This document shows positions 13,661 through 25,842 of a DNA stretch of 64,000 nucleotides, in pieces. The stretch's first letter is position 1. Every line of letters starts with the position of its first letter. The notes beneath the pieces are model-generated. The model searched no databases. It saw nothing but the letters and a program-made list of their open reading frames with translations, and had not been told where the DNA came from. Position numbers and translations under genes: made by a program. The stretch covers positions 75,084,001 through 75,148,000 of the forward strand of contig NC_058368.1 in the NCBI RefSeq assembly GCF_018350175.1, read 5' to 3'. Source of the stretch: Felis catus (lineage: Eukaryota).

Positions 13661-14464
13661 TCCTCCTTCCGGTTTGGCTTCCTGAGGACCCAGTATCTAT
13701 GTTGGAACCCTTAGAACCGATATATCTTGCCTATAGAATCAGTGAGCTATTGTATTTCATAATGAAAAATATTTCACATGCTCTAAGAAAGCAGGTGTTT
13801 TAAAGAGATCCAGGAGGAAACATTTTCCTAAGTCAAGGTTTTGTCCCATAACTGCTATTTTTCTCATAAATGAAACACATGTTTACTGTAGAGTACCTCC
13901 TTCCCATTCAGTTGTAAAAAGGAAAGTGTTAATAGCATTAATTATGGCCTCTACCCCCTCCCCGAGGCTAACTAGAGACAAGTCTGGGAGAGAACAATAA
14001 ATAAAATGCCTCAAACAAATGGAAAGGAAAGGAGACATGGAACCCAGCCTGAATGTTTTCGCTCGAATTGTATATGCTTATTAAGGATCCTGATGATCGG
14101 GTAGGGTTCTGTGCACGAGGAGGGAACTGAAAAAGAAGAAAGGATGATGGTGAGGTTGGGGGGAGGAGGGGAGAAGCGGAGGGTGGGGGGAAGGAAGGAA
14201 GGGAGAAGAGAAGGTCTTTGAGGAAACCATGGGAAAAAGCTCAGAGGTGAGGAAATAAAATCAGAGCTGGAGGCTGAATTCCACCTGTGGAATACTGGGT
14301 GATTACTGTTGACCTGTGGTGAACGATGTTAGGCTGAAGACAGGAACCAACAAGTACAGACACGTGACTCCGGAGGAGTAAATGGTACTTGTGTAAGAGT
14401 GGAGGTCCAGACACATATCAGCATAAGGGTACCATTTCCCCACTCAGGACACTTCAACTGCCTC

Positions 14465-14508
14465 TTTTTTTTTTTATGTTTCAATTTTTTTTAAGTTTAT
14501 TTATTTTT

Positions 14509-14543
<35 letters not shown>

Positions 14544-14722
14544 CAGATGAGGGACAAAAAGAGCGGGGGGCGGGGGGGGAGAGAGACAGAGAGAGGATCC
14601 CAAGCAGGCTCCACACCGTCAACACAGAGCCTGACGGGGGCTTGGTCCCACAACCCTGAGAACGTGATCTGAGCCGAAATCAAGAGTCGGACCCTTGACC
14701 GACTGAGCCAGGCAGGTACCCC
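14465..14722 (-). mobile_element. Can-SINE
   Basis: T tail, (GA)n, GATCCCAAGCAGGCTCC, AAATCAAGAGTCGGA, ending GACTGAGCCAGGCAGGTACCCC. Confidence 0.93.
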
Positions 14723-16288
14723 TATTACTGATTAACAGATAAAGAATATAATCTTACCTACTAACCTTTAAGTCAGATATCTTTTGTCGCAGGGGATTGT
14801 TGCAAAAACGAACTGGACGGATATATGGGAAAATATTGTCTAAACACTAATGCTCTTTAGCAATACCTGTCTCATCTCCCTTTACTGGGCCAATGAACCC
14901 GTTTTCTCCACCAAACACCTCTAGCATGTTTATGCCCGTGTAACTTTCTGTTCACATCCGCAGCTATTTACAAAGTTAATTACACATCAGCATAAGAAAT
15001 AGCTGGTTGCCTGTGCGAGGGGAGTTCGGATTTGAGAAGTAAGTAGATAAGACTCTCTGTCCACCTTTCATCAGATCATCTGGAACTTACTCCTACTTTT
15101 GAAATCTAATTCTCCTTAGACCTCTGAAGCCAGGCAGAGCTCTCTGTCCCTCTTACCCTTTACAGGGCTGTTGGTATTTAGTGCTTGTGTCAAGACTTTA
15201 GAATTCTAAGCATCTTGCGTATATAATCCCTTAGATCTGAGTCTGATATTTGAAAATATTTGATTCGGTTTTTAAACTCTTTTTACCAACATCCGACTGT
15301 TCATCTGCTTTTCTGTCTTACTCTGCTGGGATGAAATTTCCTTGAATCTCATATTTCCATATGAGATTCTCATGCTGAAATTGCTTGTATCTCATATTTT
15401 CTACGCTATCACTTGTGCACATGAGTGTGTCTGACACACCCCGGGCACAAAAACAGAAGATAATTGTTGCATTAGGACCTGCCACCCCCATGTGTTCTGC
15501 TCACATCCCTGGAGCAAATAGCCCAACACACTCATATCAGTCCAGTTCATTAAGGTTCTTGTCAAGAAAACACGGCTAGCAAACAAAGAATCTTACATTT
15601 GAGCAACACCACCCTTGTCCCAGAATCTTTTAGCAATGCCATGAGGAGGAAGAAAAGAAAGGTGCGAATGATATTGGAAAATCAAGACAGTAATAACGCA
15701 TGATCAGATATTTAAGACAAAGCCGCTGGAAGGCCACGGGTCCGCTAATCAAATACCGGTAATAGGAAGAAAGAGGGGAATAAGGAAGAAAGGTGCTGGG
15801 GAAAGACAATGGCCCACTAACCAAATGTGAAGGTGAATTAGGAGAGGTGATTGAAGGTAGAAGATCAAAAATGAGAAAAGGAAAAGGCTGGAGCAGTGGA
15901 GGGGAAAGAATTAAAGTCAGTTTCAGCAGCTATGGTTCCAGTCTCAGCTGCACAGACCATGGGCCTGGTGAGCCTGAGGAAGCCTCTTCGCATGGTGAAG
16001 TCAAACCCTGTCAACTACTCAACGGAGGCAGCATCGGTTGGTGGTCCATGCTTAGTGTTTTGTGGGGATATGTGAGAAACTATTTTGAAAACTGGAAGTG
16101 GCTTTACGGGTGTAGCCTTATTATTGCACGTGTTAAGGTTCATTTTTTCTTCCAAATTAATCGTCATGGAGCCTGTGTCTTCGCCTGTAATTGCTTTTCT
16201 TTGGCCAACAAGGAGCCAAGAGAGATCAGTGCGCATGGAGTTGCAAAGTGCACCTGTTATCGTGTGTGTCCCCATTAAAGTTATGTGC

Positions 16289-16477
16289 GGGGCACCTTGG
16301 TGGCTCGGTTAGTTAAGCGTCTGACTCTTGATTTTGGCTCAGGTCATGAGCCTAGCAGGGCTCTGCACTGACAGCTTGGAGCCTGCTGGGGATCCTCTCT
16401 CTTCCTCTGTCTCTGCATTTGCCCCACTCACTCTCTCTCTCTCTCCCCCAAAAATTAATAAATAAACTTAAAAAAAA
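16289..16477 (+). mobile_element. Can-SINE with an internal deletion
   Basis: GGGGCACCTTGGTGGCTCGGTTAGTTAAGCG head, CT tract and A tail. The GTTCGAG B-box segment is missing. Confidence 0.92.
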
Positions 16478-16487
16478 CATAAAGTTT

Positions 16488-16696
16488 GAGGTTCCTGGGG
16501 CTCAGTTGGTTAAGTGTCCAACTCTTGGTTTCAGCTCAGGTCAGGATCTTATGGTTCCTGAGTCCAAACCCTGCGTCCAGCTCTGTGTTGGCGGTGTGCG
16601 GTCTGCTTGGGATTCTCTCTCTTCCTCTCTCTGTCCCTCCTCCTCTCTCTCTCTCTCTCTCAAAGTAAATAAATAAACATTTAAAAATAAAAATAA
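16488..16696 (+). mobile_element. Can-SINE, tandem to the previous one
   Basis: CTCAGTTGGTTAAGTGTCCAACTCTTGGTTTCAGCTCAGGTC, CT tract and AATAAA tail. Confidence 0.92.
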
Positions 16697-16752
16697 TGTT
16701 ATACATGAAATACCTACACAAAGAGAGACAGTAGGATTAGGGATAGGAAGAC

Positions 16753-16965
16753 TTTTTTTTTTTTTTAATGTTTATCCATTTTTGAGAGAGAGACAGAATG
16801 TGAGTGGGTTAGGGGCAGAGAGAGAGGGAGACACAGAATCCGAAGCAGGCTCCAGCCTCCGAACTGTGAGCACAGAGCCCGACGTGGGTCTCGAGCTCAC
16901 GAGCCGTGAGATCACAACCTGAGCCGAAGTCGGACGCTCAACCGACTGAGCCACCCAGGCGCCCC
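16753..16965 (-). mobile_element. Felid Can-SINE (SINEC_Fc-like)
   Basis: Full head ending ACTGAGCCACCCAGGCGCCCC. TSD core GGATAGGAA on both sides. Confidence 0.96.
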
Positions 16966-17319
16966 AAGGATAGGAATACATTTTTAAGAGAGGAGCAGAA
17001 CCTAGCAAAGTAAGACATAATAGTTCCTGTAGCATCTCTGTACCAATCTGTAGAATTTGCAGTCATGTCTGTCTTGTCTTTACAGTAAGTACTTCTAAGA
17101 CAGCGCTAATCCTTACAAATCGTGCTGTGATGTAGAGGGCGGTATAAGGCATTTTACAAATGAGGACACCAGGACTCCAAATCTGCATGTATTAAAAAAT
17201 ATTGATGTGCTTATTATTTCCCGGCCCTGAGTCCACAGTGTTAAGTAATCTCACAACGATTCATGGGGTAATATACACAACACATGAATAATATTATACA
17301 CAGCATATAGGTGCGGGAA

Positions 17320-17322
<3 letters not shown>

Positions 17323-17360
<38 letters not shown>
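17323..17360. repeat. (AT)19 microsatellite
   Basis: Read directly. Confidence 0.97.
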
Positions 17361-17370
<10 letters not shown>

Positions 17371-17840
17371 ATGATCATGAATATCTAAGTAAATACAATG
17401 AACATATGAATGATGATGTTTCAGAGCCCAGATGTTATGCAGAGCATCAACCTGAGTGATGGGATAACATCAGACCAGGGAGGATTGCTTTCTACTGGTT
17501 GATCAGGGGACTGCTCTCTGATTTTGGAGCAAAGACCTGGATGAAAAGAGCCAGCCGTGTGAACACCGGCATTCAGATAATTGCAGGCAGTGGGGAAGTG
17601 AAGTGAGACGTCCTCAAGGGAGAAGCAACTGCCAAGTTTAAGGGATCTGCAAAGTGATATTACTGGCACTTAATAAGAGACAGGGAGGAAACAGTGACAC
17701 TAACAGCAGAGACATGGGCAGGAGCCTGATCAGTTGGGCCACGTAAGGTGGCTGGACTTTTATTCTAAATCCAAAGGGAAAATGTTGGAATTTCTTCCAA
17801 AAGGCAGTATTGTGATCTGGTGTTTTCAAAGCTCGCTCTG

Positions 17841-17965
17841 AGGGCACTTGGAGGGCTCTGTCAGTTAAGCATCCAACCCTTGATTTTGGCCCAGGGCATG
17901 ATCTCATGCTTCGTAGGATCGAGCCCGGAGTCGTGCCCCTTCCTGGGTGTGTAGCCTGCTTGAGA

Positions 17966-18008
<43 letters not shown>

Positions 18009-18064
18009 CCTCTGCCCCTTTCTTCCCATTCCTGTCCTCTCTCTCTCTCTCTCTCAAAAAAAAA
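17841..18064 (+). mobile_element. Older Can-SINE
   Basis: AGGGCACTTGGAGGGCTCTGTCAGTTAAGCATCC head, long CT tract, A tail. Confidence 0.9.
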
Positions 18065-18151
18065 GTCATTCTTTCCGTTGGATGCAGAAATTATTTGGGG
18101 ATGGGGAAAGGCATGGAAGAATTGAAGAGAAGGGACGAGTTCGGAAACTTT

Positions 18152-18257
18152 TTTGGTAGTCCCAGCAGATGTCCATGGGGTGAGCCAAGGGAAAGTGCAC
18201 AGGTTTGGTAGTCCCAGCAGATGTCCATGGGGTGAGCCAAGGGAAAGTGCACAGGTT
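18152..18257. repeat. Perfect 52-bp tandem duplication
   Basis: TTTGGTAGTCCCAGCAGATGTCCATGGGGTGAGCCAAGGGAAAGTGCACAGG at 18152 and 18204. Confidence 0.97.
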
Positions 18258-19380
18258 CAGAGTATGGCCTGGAGAAAGAACCAGTAGATGGGCCACAAGG
18301 GGTTGAGGAGGGAAAGAACAGAACTCACGATGACTTTCTTTTTGGTCTGAACAGCACATGGATGGTGAAGGCATTTGGGGGAAAGGGCTGGAAAACGGAT
18401 ACCCAGCAACTCCGTAAATGATTTGCTGGACACCATTCAGATAGTAAATAGTAAATCAGTCAGAGCTTGACCCCAGCCTTGGAAAGTTTCAAGGAGGTAG
18501 ACACTTCACCACTTGGTCTGGTGTAGAATAGATGTAACACACACAAAATGTCCAAGATTTGGAAAGACATCAAATTATGAATACATTTAATTGTTCACCT
18601 AGAATATGCTTTTATACACTTTTGTTCATGTGAGCAATTCTCCAATCGAAAATAAGTTATGAACATGTTCACCCCGGAGAACTTAAGAAAATCCAGTTCT
18701 GGTGCAAATGCCACATTTCAAAGACAGACTTATTTATTTTTTTTTTTAGTTTTAGGTGTAAGATGTTTCTCCATTATTGCACTTTTGCTGCAAAGTTTGC
18801 GTCTTTTAAAATACAAAGTCCGATAAACTTGCCACGTAGGTCATAGCAGAGGAAAGTATCAAGGGGCTAACACGGCCCGTTTTGGATAAAGGAAACTAAG
18901 TTATGCAAAGAAAATTGTAGTCAGAGTAAAACTATAAATATTGACTTAAACACTAAAACATCTAAGCCAATTGGTGGCCCAGCCCTGGGCTGCTAGAAAG
19001 GTTCCCACACTTCGAGCTTAGTGACAAATTAGGGTACGTGTGGCCAGAAAAAAAACTTCCTTATGGTCTAGTATTACTTTAGGTGAATTATGGGTCTCAT
19101 TTTTCTTAAGCATTTCTCACCAGCCACCTAGAGTTAATGGTGAAGTGTTAGATCATGCATCCAGGTTGCATGAGCATTTAAATTAATTGAATTACATCGA
19201 GATTTACATGATTTAGAACTTTCTAGATTCCTGGTTAAAGGCTCTTCATCCTTCAATGTAGCCCAACCCTAACATTTTAGGATTCTAGTTTTAGATCATT
19301 ATGGAAGTGAATTTTATTTATAACGATCACAGAGACAGACCTAGGGACCATTTATTCAGTAATGAAAATAAATGAATTCA

Positions 19381-19589
19381 GAGGCACCTGGATGTCTCAG
19401 TCGGCGGAGCATCTGACTCCCGATTTTGGCTCAGGTCACGATCTCACAGTTTGTGGATTTGAGCCCCGAGTCGGGCTCCACGCTGACAGCACGGAGCCTG
19501 ACTGGAATTCACTCTCTCTCTCTGTCTCTGCCCCTCCCCTTCTCACACTCTCTGTCTCTCTCAAAATAAATAAATATTTTTTTAAAAAA
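19381..19589 (+). mobile_element. Can-SINE (host of a nested insertion)
   Basis: Head GAGGCACCTGGATGTCTCAGTCGG. Outer TSD AATAAAYGAATTCA at 19367-19380 and 19877-19890. Confidence 0.94.
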
Positions 19590-19598
19590 TACAATAAT

Positions 19599-19811
19599 GG
19601 GGCGCCTGGGTGGCACAGTCGGTTAAGCGTCCGACTTCAGCCAGGTCACGATCTCGCGGTCCATGAGTCCGAGCCCCGCGTCAGGCTCTGGGTTGATGGC
19701 TCAGAACCTGGAGCCTGTTTCCGATTCTGTGTCTCCCTCTCTCTCTGCCCCTCCCCCGTTCATGCTCTGTCTCTCTCTGTCCCAAAAATAAAGAAACGTT
19801 GAAAAACAAAT

Positions 19812-19864
<53 letters not shown>

Positions 19865-19868
19865 AATA
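19599..19868 (+). mobile_element. Young SINEC_Fc-type SINE with a (TAAA)n tail
   Basis: Near-consensus GGGGCGCCTGGGTGGCACAGTCGGTTAAGCGTCCGACTTCAGCCAGG. TSD AAAAATACAATAA. Confidence 0.97.
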
Positions 19869-19991
19869 AAAAATACAATAAACGAATTCAGATTTAAATG
19901 CTTAATTAAAAAATATAGTGCTTTGTGAAGAATAACAGGTAGCGTAACATAGATATATACAAAATAAAACATTTAAAATTAAATATGTATT

Positions 19992-20202
19992 GGGGCACCT
20001 GGGTGGCTCAGTCGGTTGAGAGTCCGACTTCGGCTCAGGTCACGATCTCAGGGTTCGTGGGTTCGAGCCCCGCATCGGGCTCTGGGCTGACAACTCAGAG
20101 CCTGGAGCCTGCTTCAGATTCTGTGTCTCCTTCTCTCTCTGCCCCTCCCCTACTCACACTCTGTGTCTGTCTGTTTCTCAATAATAAATAAACGTTAAAA
20201 AA
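19992..20202 (+). mobile_element. Felid Can-SINE
   Basis: GGGGCACCTGGGTGGCTCAGTCGGTTGAG..GGTTCGAGCCCC..AATAAATAAACGTTAAAA. Confidence 0.96.
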
Positions 20203-22555
20203 ATTAGAAATGTATGTATCATAATAGAATGAGATCAATTGATCACGGTGCACGTAGGCTTTTATTCTTTGTATCTGCCATGGATGAGAATAAAACTTCG
20301 AGGTAAAAATGACTTAATTGTTTTTCCTTAAATGTCATGTATTGTTGCAATCAATATCAACCCCTGCTTTATGCGGATGGTATGCCACCCTGAATATACG
20401 TCTGATATTCTAGGTAACGGGATACTTCTGAAAAAAACATGTCCAAGAACAATTCTAACAGAGAAGAATTTTTGAGGTTTGACTGGATCTGCTTTTCTTT
20501 AAGGGCTGACTAACTGTATTTGCCCTTATCCTGGTGAAGAGTTGAAAGGTACTTTTTCCCCCCAAATTAACGTATGGAAATTGGAAAATTAACCCTAAGC
20601 TTTTAGTGCAATGTTTTACTCTGGATATAAAGGTTGCGTGGGGCTAAGAGGAATGGGCCAGGAGACCTCACTCACTGGTGTGGCACAGCCCAAGGGAGGA
20701 AGGAAGGGAAGGGTCATGAAATCAGAGCCATCTCTCTAATAAACATGGCCCACGATGCATTTTTTGTATTTTCCATTTGTTCTCGGGGAGGCCAGTCATA
20801 AGTGGTCAAAAATGAGCATCAGAGGCTGGTACGGGGCATTTTCAATGAACATTTGCAGCTGTGGCTTTTGCACCCCCTGGCAGTTTGCCTGAGCCTACGT
20901 TTGGAGACTTGGTGCAAAGACACATCACCCCCTACAATTTCTTGACTGTGGCCTCCACCAGGAATGCTTTCTTTGAAATAGCCAGCGGTGGTTATCAAGA
21001 AGGATGGCGATGTCTGCTGTCTGGGTCGGAAAGCTATAGATTAATGTGTTGTTTTAAAGTATGTAATGTGCCCATAGGCTGTTGCGATAGCGAAATAAAT
21101 CATGTGGGGAGGGGGAGATTCAGGAATGCGAGTGTGGGGGGAAACAAAGTATGCCGGTTGCCAAGGGAACAAAGTTCTGATTAGTAAGAGCAATATACTA
21201 ACCTGTCCCACATAAATCTTCAGAGCCTTAGAAGAGAGCTTTCAAGTGGGTAACAAAGGTGGTTCACGATTTCTCCTTGACACTCGAGCTTAAGATCTCA
21301 ATTAAGTTGTTGATGACACTTGATAACTTCCTTCAAGTGTGATAGTACGATTCTTGCCCCCCCCCCCAAAGGCCAACTAAATAAGCACATGTTTTGAAGT
21401 TTGGGGACAACTTCAGGGTACAATGAAAGAAGCCACCGCTGAACTTGGGATCAATTTTGACAGTGGATTTCTACAATAAAGTGAAAACATATTTCAGTCC
21501 AATTAGGCCCGAAAAACATAACGCACTTTAAACTGTCAGACTACTTTTAAAGTAGAAAATTCTAACAAATATCAGGTTAGGACTGAAGATTATATGGTGA
21601 AAAGCATTGCGAGGAAGCATAGTAAAATTATAATGTGAGTTGCAAATAAACTTAGTTTCATTTGCTCGCAGTAAATACATATAATTTATAGCAATATATT
21701 ATTGATATAATAGGTGTTTTCCTAAGAACACACAGAAATCAGCTTAAGGAAGAAAAGAGGTCATTGAAATCTTTTAGGGCAAAAAAAAAAATACACTAAG
21801 CATTTAGATGTCAAATTGGAAACAAAACTACTTTTAAGAATATAGCCAGATCATAGAAATCATTTTTTGTAACGTGATGTATTGAGCAGGAGGAGTGGTA
21901 GACCCTGTTCTTTCACTAAAATTAAACACTTTTGGGTACTGTCTCCACTGAAAGGGGTATTAGAGTTTTAGCGTTCATTGTTGGCATCCCGTGGAGGTTG
22001 CCTGACTGGAGTATGTGGGAGACCGAGAGGACAGGCTCTGTCTTATCTACCGTTAGGTTTGAACATGCCTTTGTGTAACCTATTTTTTTAGGAATGGCTT
22101 TGTTGAAGTTCCCAGAAGGAGCCTTGGGGTAAATAGCGTTGCTTATTGCTACTATCCATCTGATGATAAGGATGAGTTTGGATGTGAAGAGGACATTTCT
22201 CCCCTTCAGATCAAACGAGACGCAAAATCATGACAGCTTGCAAGGCTAGCCAATATCTGTAGGAACAAAAGAAAGAGAAAGACAGCAAGACAGGGGGAGG
22301 GGGCGGACGGGCTCAGGGCCAGTTACGAAGCCATGTCTGATACTGACGAGAAGTGAATGATACTCTTAGGGGTCCAAATCCCTGGGACCGAAGGACACTC
22401 AGAAATCAGGTCTGACTCTTTACTGTCCCAGGGCCCCCCTCTGTTCTGGGAGAGAAACTAAAAATACAAGCTGTGCTCCAGAGAACACACATGAGGGGGA
22501 CCGCCCTCTGAGAACCGAACAATACCATAATGTTTGTTTCTCACTCTTTTGATGG

Positions 22556-22578
22556 GTGTGTGTGTGTGTGTGTGTGTG
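22556..22578. repeat. (GT)n microsatellite
   Basis: Read directly. Confidence 0.95.
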
Positions 22579-24320
22579 CATCCCTCACGTGTGTGCGTGT
22601 GGGATCCCTCACGGATAAGTGCTTTGTTTGACATTTCGGGCATACAATATCCTTTTGTTACCTTGTGGTCTCCACAGAGCCAACGTTTATGGTCCCGATC
22701 TGTTCTTTAGGTCCTTTCCTTGGCCGTCCTTTGTTGTTTGAAAAGGCAAGACATGGCTGAAATTGTTTTCAGTGATCCATGTGAAAAATAATGGATAACT
22801 AACTGGAAGCATTTGATGTTGTTTTACCAAAGTCAGTTAAGATCTCTAGCTTTAATCTCTGAAGGCAGGATTTCTTTCATGGTAAGGGATCTGTGCCTAT
22901 CTACTTGGTTTTTTTTTTCTGATATGTACATCTCTCTGGATGTCTCAGAAACATTGGGACATAAGACTTTCCACATCATCAGATTAATAAAAGTGCTGGT
23001 GTGAGTGAAATGGGATAAGTTAATTTTAGTTCTAATTTGAAATATCGCATGAAGTTCTTTTGAGCGAAAAAAAAAAAAAGAAAGAAAGAATAAAGCTGTC
23101 TCTGGGTACCCTGTCTCAGGATAGAAATTGTTTTGGATCAATGTATGTCCATGAAAGGAAAGATTATGCATTCTATTTCTAGATTTAAGAGCCATCAAAA
23201 TTCAAAGCACAATATTGGGCCTCTAGAAGATGTTTACGTAGGAAACAAAAATGTTAATTTATCTTGACTTTTGGCAACTTGTAAAACAGAACCGTAAAAT
23301 AAATAATAAAAATGTGATATTTTTCTAGTATGCTGTAAATATCCAACACAGCTGAGCAGGACCTCCTTGCAAGTTATGCACCCACATGTTAGAGTATTGA
23401 GCTTGACTTAAATGCAAATATCACAGAACCCCACTCAACTCTGATTTAGAGGCCAACACCGTGGGGAGTTTTTAGGATGCACCTCACCAAACTGAGGGAT
23501 TATACCATGGAAAGGGTTATGTGCGATCCAGGAAGCAGGCAGTCACGAAATGGGTTAGTCATTCATTGCTGGTACTTTCGGTGTGGGCTCTGCCCTGCTC
23601 TCTCCTATATCACATGACTTCATATCCGCTCACATTCTCTACCAACTCTCCCTTCCTAAGCCAACTATCAACTTCCTCTGGGTTATCTCTGCACTTTGGG
23701 AGTTTTGCTAACTTCTTTTGTATTCTGTTACCTGCTGTCCTTTTTGGTCCTTACGGTTTTCTGCATTTTTGATGCCTTTCTAAGCATTTTTGCATTTCAG
23801 CGGGGTTGATGGACAGAGCAGAATTGGATCATGCATTCAGCCTACCATGCTCCCTTCAAAATTCCTGATATTTGTGATAAAAATAACAAATCTTTCTCAT
23901 GATTGCATAACATACACCCCACCATTCCGTTCTTTTCTTTTTGCTTGTGATGTGGAAAATGTTTGGGGATATGATTTTTTTTTCTTTTCATCACAGATTA
24001 TTTTCTTTTCTTTATTGTTTCAAGGTGGATCGAACAGTTACATAACTTTTCATTATTTTTAAACGTATTAACTCAAATTTAGCTGCGATATATTTTGGTT
24101 TACTGCGTAAACTGAGGTACCAATTTGAATTATTTTTTTTACTATTTTTTTTCAAGTCATTTTACTTGAAAGAAAATTCTTGGCATAATGTTCCAGTTTC
24201 CAGTCTAGTGATATTTCTATTATATTTACTTATATATTATGAATCCTATTTTGACCTATTACTCTGATGATCTTTCTAGGAGACCATAGCATACTTTATA
24301 TTATAAAGAAATCCTAAATA

Positions 24321-24432
24321 GGAGTGTGTGGGTGGCTCAGTCAGTTAAGTGTCCAGCTATTGGTTTCAACCTCAGGTCATGATCTCACAGTTCATGAGGC
24401 TCTGTGGGCAGCATGGAACCTGCTTGGGATTT

Positions 24433-24473
<41 letters not shown>

Positions 24474-24530
24474 CCTCCTCCACTCAGGCTGTCTCTATCT
24501 CTCTCAAAATAAGTAAATACACTTAAAAAC
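24321..24530 (+). mobile_element. Older Can-SINE
   Basis: GGGTGGCTCAGTCAGTTAAG head and long (CT)n. Diverged TSD AAAGAAATCCTAAATAG / AAAGAATTCCTATATAG. Confidence 0.93.
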
Positions 24531-25669
24531 AAAGAATTCCTATATAGACACTATGTTCTAGGAGACTCTCCTTTTTTAAAAAAAATATATACTAATGCCC
24601 AGAGTCTAACCTTTCCTTTCTATTCATTTTTAAAGTTTTCTTGATCATTTTGTTTCTTCGAAAGCCTAATTATCAATTTTGCATTAAAAATTTCACTAAG
24701 CTTTTGTAGTTAACCTTGAAACATAGAGTGAAAACATCTTTGAAGACTGAATTTCATTTCTATTTTCCATGTAGAAAGGGAATTCAAAATAGCTGTCATA
24801 GAAAGAGGCAATCAAAGACGCAGCCAAATAAATCGGTGGGGGGGAGAAACATATTTTATGCACTCGGCACACAGTAAACTCATAAATATATTATGTCAAA
24901 ATTATCTTATTTGTGTGCATGTGATTTTTATCCTTCTCATCCTGGAATACAGCAGTGGTCTCTCTTTTCCATTTTTTTTTTTATTTTCTTGCAGATTTCT
25001 CCTTGAAGTTTTGAGAAACAACTTTCCTCGTTTCCTTACAGAGGTATCACCTCGTGGTCATAGGAATTATCTGAGTGAATTTCACCGCAGAGCAAAAGGG
25101 AGTTACTGTTCAGTTGATGAAGCTCAAACTTCATCCTTATTTAATTTCTAAAACCCTAATAGGGGCACTAGGAGGTCCTCCTAACTGTATGTTGTTGTTT
25201 TTTTTTTTCAAAATTGTAATAGTAAGTATTTTAAAATTTTCTTGTGCTAAAAGAGGGTGCCCTAGTATGAAAAAAAAGGGAACACTTAAGGGTTCCTCCA
25301 TTTGAGACTTAGATCTTCCTTTATTAACTGTAATTGGTTCTTTTTGCTCCAAACATGAGCTCATGTGGCAGTGAGCATCAAATGAGATAAAATATGCCAA
25401 AAAAAAAATCGGTAACACACTATGAGAATGTCAGCCGTTATTTTAGATTTTTAACAATATATTCGAATCAGAATAAAAAAGGCATAAATTTTGGTGTTGA
25501 ATGAAAGATGGAGCCAGTTTAGGAAGGCACTAAATGCCAAGGGAGGGGATTTCGAAGGAACCAGGGTGGAATTCTGTTCTGTGTATTTTCTCAGAGTCCC
25601 ACAAACGTCATCTGTAAATTTCTAGAGCAGACCATGCATTATTCCTCCCTGTCTGTTGGGCTATGTGAA

Positions 25670-25842
25670 TGAACTCTCAAATGATCTCACGAGGTAGCAT
25701 CATCGCCTCCCTTTTATAAATGAAGAAACAAAGGCGTTGACATGTTAACTAACTTGTTCAAAATTTTGCGGCTTTGTAAAAATGAAACTGTAGGGCAATC
25801 TAGGTATCTCTCCTCAGAGCCCACATTCCTAAGTGCTGAACC
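25670..25842 (-). mobile_element. MIR SINE
   Basis: GAGGTAGCATCATCGCCTCCCTTTTATAAATGAAGAAACA..GTTAACTAACTTGTTCAA resembles the MIR core. Confidence 0.65.

Larger units (their letters stand above)
17185..18400 (-). mobile_element. L2 LINE 3' fragment, interrupted by (AT)n, a SINE and a tandem duplication
   Basis: GGACTTTTATTCTAAAT..GTGATCTGGTGTTTTCAAAG and GAGCAAAGACCTGGATGA resemble antisense L2. Confidence 0.6.

Noticed and set aside
15793..16278. 161-aa ORF
   Set aside because: GTG start, no family resemblance and no convincing splice sites.
18152..18257. Direct repeats as a CRISPR-like array
   Set aside because: Only two adjacent copies with no spacers, in mammalian DNA.
19362..19802. 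146-aa ORF and the many similar ERERE / SLSLS / GRGRERGRHR ORFs
   Set aside because: These are Can-SINE-derived reading frames.
20866..20888. Minus-strand CTCF-like CTGCCAGGGGGTGC
   Set aside because: Mismatches at core C positions make it too weak to call.
24960..25150. Polypyrimidine tract plus TTGCAG as a candidate splice acceptor
   Set aside because: No strong donor follows and the peptide is unrecognisable. It cannot be called without RNA data.
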